NCBI GenBank assembly: GCA_900550495.1
Contig: URSJ01000002.1
Location: forward strand, 570-64,569
DNA: 64,000 bases
Source of the DNA: an uncultured Rickettsiales bacterium
Lineage (GTDB): Bacteria > Pseudomonadota > Alphaproteobacteria > Rs-D84
Direction of reading: 5' to 3'
In this document: piece by piece, positions 30,501-38,980 of the stretch
How positions within the stretch are numbered: the stretch's first letter is position 1
Layout of the letters: the number at the start of each line of letters is the position of its first letter
Position numbers and translations under genes: made by a program
Notes under the pieces: model-generated
The model's input: only the letters and a program-made list of their open reading frames with translations
What the model was told of the DNA's origin: nothing
The model's database searches: none

Positions 30501-31178
30501 TTATTCTTCATTTACAATTTTTTCCAGTTTCAAAATAAAATCTATGGTTGGCTCAGAAACCTTTTGCAGAGTGTCAATTACCTGTTGCGCAGCAGCCCGC
30601 ATTTTTACCTTTTTATATACATCAATAACATTTTCTACCCTGGATTCCGGCATGTATTCAACTGGTTCTAGCGCAGTTGTGATTTCTATTTCACGGGCAG
30701 CCAACGCACGATATTTATCCGCGTTTTCTGGGCACCCACGTTCAGCCATACGTGCATATGTGTTCGCGTTGTTCAAATGAGCATATGCGTTGCTATCTTC
30801 TTCGGGCATCAGTTGCTGCGCCAATAACTGTTCAATACGTCCACATGTTGCAACAGGCGCATCGTCCGCGTCATTATCATTTTCTTGTGCGAATGATTTT
30901 ACATCTATTGCACGGCCCGCACAATTGTCGTTATAGATATCTTTTAATTCTTCCAACAAATCTGCATCTGTGGCAGCTTTTATTTTGTTTATAATTGCGT
31001 AACAATCCGACTCAGAAAACGCTATAATCCGGCCATCTGCATTTGGCACACGGTTATCATTCAACGTTGTCCCAACAAAGACACCGCATGTAAATAACCC
31101 AACCAGTGCCAACGCCCCTAAAACCTTGCGCGATGCAGGGACAGCGGTTTCATATTTTGTGGCTGATGTTTTTTTCAT
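30501..31178 (-). CDS. Exported or membrane-anchored protein with paired-Cys helical modules, unknown function
   Basis: An N-terminal hydrophobic anchor is present (VLGALALVGLFTCGVFVG). It has four Cys residues in two C-x2-I...C spans. No family was recognised. Confidence 0.5.
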   Translation of the reverse strand: MKKTSATKYETAVPASRKVLGALALVGLFTCGVFVGTTLNDNRVPNADGRIIAFSESDCYAIINKIKAATDADLLEELKDIYNDNCAGRAIDVKSFAQENDNDADDAPVATCGRIEQLLAQQLMPEEDSNAYAHLNNANTYARMAERGCPENADKYRALAAREIEITTALEPVEYMPESRVENVIDVYKKVKMRAAAQQVIDTLQKVSEPTIDFILKLEKIVNEE

Positions 31179-31207
31179 AAACTCTCTCCTCTTGATTGCT
31201 CTGGTTA

Positions 31208-31957
31208 TTACTTTACAACCCCATCACGAATTGTGATAGTCCGGTCAGCACGCGCTGCCAGATTCATATCATGGGTCACAAACAACATTGCCATTTTATT
31301 TTTTCGCACCAATTCCAACAACAAATCAAACACCGCGGTTGCATGGGCGGGATCCAAACTGCCTGTTGGTTCATCTGCCAATAAAATTTCTGGATTGTTA
31401 GCCAACGCGCGCGCAACCGCGGTACGTTGCTGTTCACCCCCAGACATTTCCCCGGGCAAATGTGACGCACGATGTGCAACACTGGCCAATTGCAATAATT
31501 TCATTGCGCGTCCGTTTGCTGTGATTTCGTCTGTGCCCGCCGCCAACATTGGTAAAACAACATTTTCCAATGCCGTAAAATCAGACAACAGATTATGCCG
31601 CTGATACACAAAACCGATTTTGTTACGACGCATCATTGTGCGAGTGTCTTCGTCCATGCGGTTCGTTGCCGCCCCGTCCAGCAAAATGCTGCCACTGGTT
31701 GGTTTATCCAACAGACCAACACACTGTAATAACGTAGATTTTCCAGATCCCGACTGTCCAACCAATGCGATAATTTCACCACGGTGCAAATCAAAGCCGC
31801 CACCGCGCAAAATATGCAATGGCTGTCCACCTTCGATAAATGTCTTTTTAATATCGCGCACCGACAAAACGACGTCACCCTTTTTCACACGCGATAAAGA
31901 ATTTAAAATATTTGCCATATGATTTGCCCTCACACTATTACTCATTTCGCAACACAT
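31208..31957 (-). CDS. lolD: Lipoprotein-releasing system ATP-binding protein LolD (start ambiguous: 31957, 31945 or 31918)
   Basis: Walker A (GQSGSGKST), the signature (MSGGEQQR) and Walker B (LLADEPTGSLD) are present. It follows lolC/E with overlapping stop and start. Confidence 0.8.
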   Translation of the reverse strand: MCCEMSNSVRANHMANILNSLSRVKKGDVVLSVRDIKKTFIEGGQPLHILRGGGFDLHRGEIIALVGQSGSGKSTLLQCVGLLDKPTSGSILLDGAATNRMDEDTRTMMRRNKIGFVYQRHNLLSDFTALENVVLPMLAAGTDEITANGRAMKLLQLASVAHRASHLPGEMSGGEQQRTAVARALANNPEILLADEPTGSLDPAHATAVFDLLLELVRKNKMAMLFVTHDMNLAARADRTITIRDGVVK

Positions 31958-33194
31958 CTACCGGGTCGGTTGATGCAGCCTTCCATGCCGGATAAATTGT
32001 CGCCAAGAACGCTAACGCAATCGCCAATACCGCAATTCCAATCACAGTCCCCGGCACCAATTTAGATGGCAGTTCAGACAGATAATACAATTCTGCCGGA
32101 AACAGGTCGCGCCCCGTTGCCCACTGGAAAAACTGGCGTATAGGCTCGATATAAATCGCAACAATAACACCCAACACCGTGCCAAAGAACGCGCCAATAA
32201 CACCGATACTGGTGCCGGACAAAATAAATATTTTCATCATTGATTTACGCGACACACCAAACGTGCGCAGGACGGCTATATCCTTGTTCTTGTCCTTGAC
32301 CAGCATTACCAACGACGACACAATATTAAATGCCGCAACAATGACAATCAGCATTAAAATCAAGAACATCACATTTGATTCAACCTGTAACGCACCGACA
32401 AAGCCACGATTTAATTCGCGCCAATCACGCACGACAAAACCATCTGGCAACAGACGCACCAACGCATCGCGCACGGCGGCTGTATCTTCGGGATTGCGCA
32501 GGAACAAATCAATATGCGTCACGGCATTACCAATATTTAAATATTTCTGGGCGGTTTCCAATGGCATGAATATATATCCCGAATCATATTCATACATTCC
32601 CATAAAGAACGATGACATAACAGGATATGACATTATGCGCGGCATAGAACCAAATGGTGTCGGCGTTGCCCCATTAGCAGATACCAACGATACCTTGTCC
32701 CCCATACCAATGCGCAGACTACGCGCCAGTGACGCCCCCGCAATCAATTCACCATCACGGATTTCAGATAATTGTTTGCCATAAATTTTTGTTCCTGCCT
32801 GGGTCTTGGCAGTCAGGTCTGTCATACGAATCCCGCGCACCATCGCCCCTGTATTATTACCACCGGCAGTGGCCATAACCTGGCCTTCGGCAATGGGAAC
32901 GATGCCGGTTGCATTTGCAGACACAACCTTATTCTGTTTCATTTTATCAATCAGATAATCAAAATCACTGATTGCGCCATCCTGGTGATAAACAACAACA
33001 TGACCGTTCATACCCACGATACGCGATAACAACGTTTCGTGAAATCCGCCCATAACCGACATTACAACAATCAGTGTTGCAACCCCCAGCGTAATGCCAA
33101 TCAGCGACACCCATGAAATAACAGAGCCGAATCCGCGCTTTTTTGCGGCCAGGTATCTGAATGCGATTTTTCTTTCTAGTCTTGAAAATAACAT
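31938..33194 (-). CDS. lolC: Lipoprotein-releasing system permease LolC/LolE
   Basis: The N-terminus RKIAFRYLAAKKRGFGSVISWVSLIGITLGVATLIVVMSVMGGF is present. It has a periplasmic MacB-like domain and a C-terminal FtsX fold, and is 418 aa. Confidence 0.8.
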   Translation of the reverse strand: MLFSRLERKIAFRYLAAKKRGFGSVISWVSLIGITLGVATLIVVMSVMGGFHETLLSRIVGMNGHVVVYHQDGAISDFDYLIDKMKQNKVVSANATGIVPIAEGQVMATAGGNNTGAMVRGIRMTDLTAKTQAGTKIYGKQLSEIRDGELIAGASLARSLRIGMGDKVSLVSANGATPTPFGSMPRIMSYPVMSSFFMGMYEYDSGYIFMPLETAQKYLNIGNAVTHIDLFLRNPEDTAAVRDALVRLLPDGFVVRDWRELNRGFVGALQVESNVMFLILMLIVIVAAFNIVSSLVMLVKDKNKDIAVLRTFGVSRKSMMKIFILSGTSIGVIGAFFGTVLGVIVAIYIEPIRQFFQWATGRDLFPAELYYLSELPSKLVPGTVIGIAVLAIALAFLATIYPAWKAASTDPVDVLRNE

Positions 33195-33213
33195 TTAAAC
33201 AACATCCCTTGCT

Positions 33214-34563
33214 TTATTCTTGGCGTAAAAATTTACGTAATGCGTCACCAACCAGTGGCGCAGACGCGCCACTTGGTGCAGCGTGTGCATCAACAATAGA
33301 AATCACACGCGGTGACATAAACACAACTAATTCTGCAAACGGTGATATCAGCGTTTCAGGTGTTGTCACGAACGAATGCGTCGGAATACCGATAATCACA
33401 TAGTTATCACCAATGCTTGACGGAATGTTAAACGATGACAATTCGCCATTACTGGTTCGCAAAACGATTTTCGCATCAATTTTATCACGGCCGCCAAAAT
33501 CGCCATACTTGCCCGTCGCACCAATAATCAAATCTGTTTCCAGGCGTTCTTCCTTGCTGCATTGCCCGATATCAAAACGCGATTGCCAACCGTTTGGAAT
33601 TACAAACTGACCCTGGGATATCAAAACTACGTTTGCCTGTTGCGACAAGAATTCTTGCAATGTCTTGGTATTAATTTCCGGTCCCACAACCAGCGCACGC
33701 CCCACTACACCCGGTATTGACATCTTGATATTTTTATCACCAAATGCCGGCAACATATTCATCCAAACAATCGGATTGTCTGTGCGTGGGTACACGCGAT
33801 ACACATCAATGTCCCACGCCAACATATACTTCTTGGACGCGACATCAGCGATGATTCTGGAAACCTCGCGCTCGGTCTGATAGTTTCCCTCAAATACCAG
33901 CGTCTTGTCGTTCCAGTCCACCAACAGATTCCGCACATCGGCCCCACGCATTGCGTCAATCAATGCCATAATGATTGATTGATCCTTGGGCATTTTTACC
34001 AACCATTTTGCACGATGTGTTAAATGAATTTCACCGGCCTCGGCATCATAGGAATAATACGCACGCCCCATTTTTGCCATCAATTCAACCGTATCAGACA
34101 ATTTACCAGAATTGATTGAGCCAGATACAGTTTCAATCATCTCTTCATCTTCGACAACAGAAATGTCTGTCCCGTCCAGCAATTTATCCAGCGCACGTTT
34201 TACCGTCAATTTTTTGAACTCATAATCCGACACCTGTAATTCAGGCAACGCGTCACCGGTATTCAGACGAATAATTTCAATTTTCTCTTCGGGAACGACA
34301 GAAACAACCGCCTGGTTATCCCAATTTACCTCGCACCGCTTTGGCAAATCCAGGGAAAAGCGACGTGCCGTATCTGTGGTCAGTGCCGCCTTTTTCGGGA
34401 AAATCGGCACCGAATTTTCATCAATGACCAAGTTATCTACAACCGTCACCGTATCATACTGGGGCATATCGGTCGCGGCATTTTTCTGGGTGCACGCCGC
34501 CAACAACGCTACCCCCAGCGTTATTGTCACGGCCCCACCAAATATTTTTTTCATTGTTTTCAT
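33214..34563 (-). CDS. Lipoprotein secretin, type IVb-pilus PilN/BfpB-like
   Basis: The lipobox is LLAAC. N-domain-like segments are present (LTVKRALDKLLDGTDISVV; LLVDWNDKTLVFEGNYQTEREVSRIIADV). The C-terminal secretin-like end reads NIPSSIGDNYVIIGI...AELVVFMSPRVI. The start is set at MKTMKK, 9 nt after AAGGAG. Confidence 0.55.
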   Translation of the reverse strand: MKTMKKIFGGAVTITLGVALLAACTQKNAATDMPQYDTVTVVDNLVIDENSVPIFPKKAALTTDTARRFSLDLPKRCEVNWDNQAVVSVVPEEKIEIIRLNTGDALPELQVSDYEFKKLTVKRALDKLLDGTDISVVEDEEMIETVSGSINSGKLSDTVELMAKMGRAYYSYDAEAGEIHLTHRAKWLVKMPKDQSIIMALIDAMRGADVRNLLVDWNDKTLVFEGNYQTEREVSRIIADVASKKYMLAWDIDVYRVYPRTDNPIVWMNMLPAFGDKNIKMSIPGVVGRALVVGPEINTKTLQEFLSQQANVVLISQGQFVIPNGWQSRFDIGQCSKEERLETDLIIGATGKYGDFGGRDKIDAKIVLRTSNGELSSFNIPSSIGDNYVIIGIPTHSFVTTPETLISPFAELVVFMSPRVISIVDAHAAPSGASAPLVGDALRKFLRQE

Positions 34564-34588
34564 CCGCCACATCTCCTTTGCCACGTTT

Positions 34589-34915
34589 TTATATGTTCAT
34601 AATTTTTTCAAATTCTGCCAATGTCATTTCATAAATTGGTTTCTGTGTTGGTGTCGTTAAATCCTTGACCCGTTTGTAACTTTCTTCAAAGCGTTCAATC
34701 ACCCCAACAATTTCCGGCGTCAGTTCATTGCGTCGCGTCGCCATCAGGCGGCGACCGTATTCCGCAACAAATTCCAACGTGTCGGCCGCAAAGAAACGCC
34801 CGACATAATTTTCCATCGCTATGCCACCCTTTTCTACACAGATTGCCGACATCATTTTTGTCATCTGGTTATAGAAGTTTGCCATCTTTATAAAATTAGC
34901 AACTGTTATTGCCAT
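34589..34915 (-). CDS. Hypothetical soluble 108-aa protein, first gene of the secretin-lol operon
   Basis: The ORF is trimmed to MAITVANF because the longer version overlaps the divergent lipoprotein gene. There are no TM segments or signal peptide, and no family was recognised. Confidence 0.4.
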   Translation of the reverse strand: MAITVANFIKMANFYNQMTKMMSAICVEKGGIAMENYVGRFFAADTLEFVAEYGRRLMATRRNELTPEIVGVIERFEESYKRVKDLTTPTQKPIYEMTLAEFEKIMNI

Positions 34916-34991
34916 GATATTCTCTTTCTCCTTGTTATGCCTATTATAAAAACTATTGCCCCCCAAAGGCAAATAAATTATAATACAAAAC

Positions 34992-35372
34992 ATGAGAATA
35001 AAATATCTGGCATTGATGATGATATTGGCGGCGTGTTCGTCCCCCAATCGTGGCAGCATTGATAATGCGACGGTTTTGAATTGGGAAAACGAATCCGTCA
35101 CAATGGAACAATTTGTCCGCGATCACAAGGCGTGCCTGGGAATTACCAAACCGTCATATATGCCGCGCAGCCGTATTGCCAAACTGTTGGCCCCGAACCA
35201 AAGTGGCCAAATGCCGGACTGGGACGGTCTGTGGGTGACATTTCAATCAAATGAATATACCGACGCAGGCCAGCGGTCACTGATGTCGGTGCCACGAAAT
35301 ACAACATCTAAAACCGTCGGCGCATACCGCAGGTGTATGTTTAGACGCGGTTATTTGCTACGCGCCAGTTGA
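34992..35372 (+). CDS. Small lipoprotein, unknown function
   Basis: The signal peptide and lipobox read MRIKYLALMMILAACSS. It is followed by the hairpin cccgc-ttttat-gcggg plus a T-run. Confidence 0.5.
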   Translation: MRIKYLALMMILAACSSPNRGSIDNATVLNWENESVTMEQFVRDHKACLGITKPSYMPRSRIAKLLAPNQSGQMPDWDGLWVTFQSNEYTDAGQRSLMSVPRNTTSKTVGAYRRCMFRRGYLLRAS

Positions 35373-35431
35373 TTTTAATTTTTATTTCCTCCCGCTTTTA
35401 TCGCGGGGCTTTTTGTGATATAATTATAGCC

Positions 35432-36112
35432 ATGAAACGAACAATCTGGTTTTGGCTGTATTTTATTGTCGCAATTTTGCTGGCGATATACTTTTCTGTG
35501 CGAATTATCATGACGACAATGGGACATACAACAATGTCGCGTGTGCGCAATATTTCTATATCTGCGGATATCCGGGACAAGGATTTATCCGCCCTGGTCG
35601 CGGCCGCCGCAGTTGCACCAGGAACAGACACTTTTTCCGTTAACCTGGACGCGCTGAACGCCCGCGTTGGCGCGGTGCCTGGCGTGCGTGCATCGGCTGT
35701 TAATCGCCGCGCCGACGGCAATTTGGTCGTGCGTGTAAAGTTATACCGGGCCGTTGCCCTGTGGACCGATGGCCAGAATTACTTTCCATTGTCGGCCGAT
35801 GGCACAATCGTGAACCAACCGGACACCGAACGTAAATCCGGAACAGTATTATTTCGTGGCCCATTACCATCAGAAGTTGGCGAAATAACTGACGTGGCGC
35901 ATAATTTGATTGGCGACCTGGATTACATGGAATGGATTGAAAATCGTCGCTGGAATTTAGTTACAACAGGTGGAATTACGGTCATGTTACCTGAAAAGAC
36001 ACCCGATGACGCAATTGCACAATTGATTGTTCTGGATAAAAATCACAAAATTTTATCCCGTGATATAAAAACGATTGATATGCGCGACACGGCGCGAATA
36101 TTGGTAAAATAG
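35432..36112 (+). CDS. ftsQ: Cell division protein FtsQ
   Basis: It has an N-terminal TM helix (WFWLYFIVAILLAIYFSV), then a POTRA-like domain (VRNISISADIRDKDLSALV...VPGVRASAVNRRADGNLVVRVKLYRAVALW) and the FtsQ body. The start is set after the upstream terminator. Confidence 0.75.
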   Translation: MKRTIWFWLYFIVAILLAIYFSVRIIMTTMGHTTMSRVRNISISADIRDKDLSALVAAAAVAPGTDTFSVNLDALNARVGAVPGVRASAVNRRADGNLVVRVKLYRAVALWTDGQNYFPLSADGTIVNQPDTERKSGTVLFRGPLPSEVGEITDVAHNLIGDLDYMEWIENRRWNLVTTGGITVMLPEKTPDDAIAQLIVLDKNHKILSRDIKTIDMRDTARILVK

Positions 36113-36117
36113 ACGAA

Positions 36118-37887
36118 ATGAACCTGTTTGATTCGGCTTTTTTATGTCTGGACATTGGATCGACCGGTGTGCGCGGAATGGCACACCGTGTCCGTGGGGC
36201 CAAGATTGTAAAATCTGCAATTTCAACATCGGATTGTTTTGATACCGTGTTTGCACTGCGGTATGTAATTGACGATCTGGAACATCAAATCGGAACCAGT
36301 TTTGACACCGCATATATCACGGGGAATTTTGGCACGTCTATTTTTGAAATGACTGCAAAAAGCACCGCTTGGGGCGGCGAACACAAAATCACAACTGCCG
36401 ATGTCCGTGCCCAGATTGCCCAGATAAACGCGCCTGACGGATACTTTCCGATGCATATTGTGCCATTGCGATACGATACGCCAACCGCACGCAATATGAT
36501 TAGTCCAATTGGCTATACCGACAGACAATTGATATCAGCATTTGGTTCAATATTTTATACAAAATCACGATTGAACGAAGTATTGGGTTTTCTGCGTCGC
36601 GCCCATATCACACCCTGTGCATTTTATGACCCGCAATTTTTACTGAATACAACATTGCGACAAAAGAAACAAACGGTTATGTTCATTGACCTGGGCGGGG
36701 AATTTTCATCAGCGTCCATTTGGACCGACCGTGGCCCAGTCTGGCACTATAAAATTCCACTGGGTGGAACAAAAATAACAAACGACATTTCTGCAAAATT
36801 GCACATCGGTTTTGATGACGCTGAACGGATAAAGCGTGCAGTAGCCAGTTTTATCCCCAAAGAAATGGATAGATTTACCCCCGCCGATACCGCATACGAA
36901 TTTTCACGTGGCGATGTCAGCGATATATTTATGCCAGCATGCGTTGATATTACCGCCGAAATAACAACCGCGGCCCATGACGCGATTATCAAATATCGCC
37001 CAACCAAGATTATATTGACCGGTGGTGGCGCACTGGCCGAGGGGGCGACCGAGTTCATTGAAAACACATTTTCAATTCCGACCGAATATATTTCCAATGA
37101 CGCAATTGTTCGGGCGGCATGTGCGCACGTCTGGAATGCCGAGGCGACTCATCGTGGCGCGTACCTGGCGCGTCGTGACCGTATGCAACGTCGCATTGCA
37201 TTTATAACAAAACTGTTCCGCAAACGCCCAGCACACCGCCGTCGTTTTATTCCAATTATGCCCAGCACACTGTGTTTTAATATGCGTCGTGCATCAACAT
37301 ATTCAATGTTTCGCGCAGGCGGAATATCAATGATACACGTTGACATTATGGACGGATTCTATGTTGACCGCGTGGCGGGTGGTATTCCAGAATTAAAGAT
37401 GATACGTGCCCACACTGACGCACACCTGCACGTACACCTGATGACCGAGAGTCCGTCCGTCTGGGCCACCGACAGTGTTGCCGCCGGTGCCGACACGGTT
37501 ATCATGTCAACAAATACGTCTGGTCTGCGTGCGGCTATTGCCAGTGTTCACGCGGCAGGGCGTCGTGCGGGTGTTGCCCTGAACCCAGAATCATCACCTG
37601 CGATATTAAAGCCAATTCTGCGTGATGTGGACGAAGTTATGGTTATGACCGTCGCCCCAGGTGCCGCCGGCCAAGAATTCCAAACAGATTGCCTGAAAAA
37701 GATTTCTGTTTTGGCCGCAACACGTAAAAAATACGGCCTGAAATTTATAATTTCAGTAGATGGTGGAATAAATGATAAAACCGCACAAATGTGCTGGGAC
37801 GCCGGCGCAGATTTATTGGTCAGCGGCTCATATTTGGCACGCAGTCCGGATTTTCCCCTGGCAGTTCAGAGTTTATTAAAGCGATAA
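36118..37887 (+). CDS. FtsA-like actin-fold division protein (about aa 1-385) fused in frame to ribulose-phosphate 3-epimerase (about aa 390-589)
   Basis: The N-terminal part has LCLDIGSTGVRG, FIDLGGEFSSASI and ILTGGGALAEG actin-fold phosphate motifs, plus the amphipathic segment RRIAFITKLFRKR. The C-terminal part has IHVDIMDG, HLHVHLM, VMTVAPGAAGQEF, SVDGGIN and VSGSYL, which are Rpe hallmarks. No stop codon separates the two parts. Confidence 0.7.
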   Translation: MNLFDSAFLCLDIGSTGVRGMAHRVRGAKIVKSAISTSDCFDTVFALRYVIDDLEHQIGTSFDTAYITGNFGTSIFEMTAKSTAWGGEHKITTADVRAQIAQINAPDGYFPMHIVPLRYDTPTARNMISPIGYTDRQLISAFGSIFYTKSRLNEVLGFLRRAHITPCAFYDPQFLLNTTLRQKKQTVMFIDLGGEFSSASIWTDRGPVWHYKIPLGGTKITNDISAKLHIGFDDAERIKRAVASFIPKEMDRFTPADTAYEFSRGDVSDIFMPACVDITAEITTAAHDAIIKYRPTKIILTGGGALAEGATEFIENTFSIPTEYISNDAIVRAACAHVWNAEATHRGAYLARRDRMQRRIAFITKLFRKRPAHRRRFIPIMPSTLCFNMRRASTYSMFRAGGISMIHVDIMDGFYVDRVAGGIPELKMIRAHTDAHLHVHLMTESPSVWATDSVAAGADTVIMSTNTSGLRAAIASVHAAGRRAGVALNPESSPAILKPILRDVDEVMVMTVAPGAAGQEFQTDCLKKISVLAATRKKYGLKFIISVDGGINDKTAQMCWDAGADLLVSGSYLARSPDFPLAVQSLLKR

Positions 37888-37912
37888 AAACGGGGCAAAC
37901 GCCCCGTTTTTT
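37886..37912. terminator. Bidirectional hairpin terminator after ftsA-rpe
   Basis: The hairpin acggggc-aaac-gccccgt has an A-run before it and TTTTTT after it. Confidence 0.75.
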
Positions 37913-38069
37913 GAACACCGCGTTTCATGAATTCTTGACGAATCCACTTTCTTAGGGATGTGGTTCGGGACCTTTATGCAAAAGTCCGCGCGTGTGCTCT
38001 TGCACGAATGTTTCCATCCGCATTTTTATTATTACGCGCCACATCCACGATTACCATAGGCGACATTTC

Positions 38070-38468
38070 CTATTTTATAACCAATCTGCGCCCTGCCCCG
38101 TATTCTGTCAGATAAATATGAATTGTATCCGTTGGCAAAATATCCGTTGCGACATCAGGCCATTCTATCAACGTAATATCATTTGCAATTGCATATGGCA
38201 ACCCAATTTCCACCAATTCTGACGCATCATTTATGCGATACAGGTCAAAGTGTGATATTCCATCATAGTTTTGCACAATGGTAAATGTCGGACTGGGCAC
38301 AACCGTATCCGCCCCACGCAGGGTCTGAATTATTGTGCGGGCAATCTCACTCTTGCCCATTCCCAGGTCGCCGTGCAACGCCACACACACCGGCGCACGC
38401 AAGGTTTTCGCAAATTCCCGCGCCCACGCGCGCGTTTCTTCCACACTGTTCAACAAATATTCTTTCAT
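38070..38468 (-). CDS. tsaE: tRNA t6A biosynthesis ATPase TsaE
   Basis: The 132-aa protein has the P-loop LHGDLGMGKSEIAR, the SPTFTIV motif and the HFDLYR motif. Confidence 0.88.
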   Translation of the reverse strand: MKEYLLNSVEETRAWAREFAKTLRAPVCVALHGDLGMGKSEIARTIIQTLRGADTVVPSPTFTIVQNYDGISHFDLYRINDASELVEIGLPYAIANDITLIEWPDVATDILPTDTIHIYLTEYGAGRRLVIK

Positions 38469-38477
38469 TTATTTTAC

Positions 38478-38978
38478 CTATAAAATACCTCTCAGCAATT
38501 CTGCCACAGATGATGGATTTTTCAACACATCTTTTGCAGGTATATGAATTATTCTCAGTCCCAAATCCTGTAAATATTTATTTCGTATGGAATCATGTCG
38601 CTCTTTTAACTCGTGCGTCTTGTCATCAATTTCTATGACTGTTTTTATTTTTGCACAAAAGAAATCAACGATGTAATTCCCGATAACTTTTTGCCGGTCA
38701 AAATCCAGACCATTTATTTTCTTTGATTTAATTTCACGCCATAACAACGCTTCGGGCAGACTGCCAGATTTTCGTAAATCCTTGGCGCACTGAACTAACT
38801 TTTTGTTATACGGCAAATTAAATGAAACAACAGACTTGCTGGCAAGACCACCCCGGCCGTTGGCCACCCCTCCACCGGAGGGGAACTCGCCACGTTCCTG
38901 TTGCGGTCCAAGTTCTCCTCCTGTGGAGGAGTCCCCGCAGGGGGAGGTGGTCTTTTCTTTTAATATTTTTTTATTCAC
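38478..38978 (-). CDS. DUF559 (Vsr-like endonuclease fold) protein with Gly/Pro-rich low-complexity N-terminus
   Basis: The C-terminal part EALLWREIKSKKINGLDFDRQKVIGNYIVDFFC...VIEIDD..H resembles DUF559. A GTG start lies 2 nt after the uvrB stop. Confidence 0.6.
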   Translation of the reverse strand: MNKKILKEKTTSPCGDSSTGGELGPQQERGEFPSGGGVANGRGGLASKSVVSFNLPYNKKLVQCAKDLRKSGSLPEALLWREIKSKKINGLDFDRQKVIGNYIVDFFCAKIKTVIEIDDKTHELKERHDSIRNKYLQDLGLRIIHIPAKDVLKNPSSVAELLRGIL

Positions 38979-38980
38979 AC

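Noticed and set aside
35369-35431. A 21-codon extension of ftsQ overlapping the preceding lipoprotein gene's stop.
   Set aside because: The extension contains the lipoprotein gene's terminator hairpin and a -10-like TATAAT. The FtsQ TM helix follows the Met at 35432.
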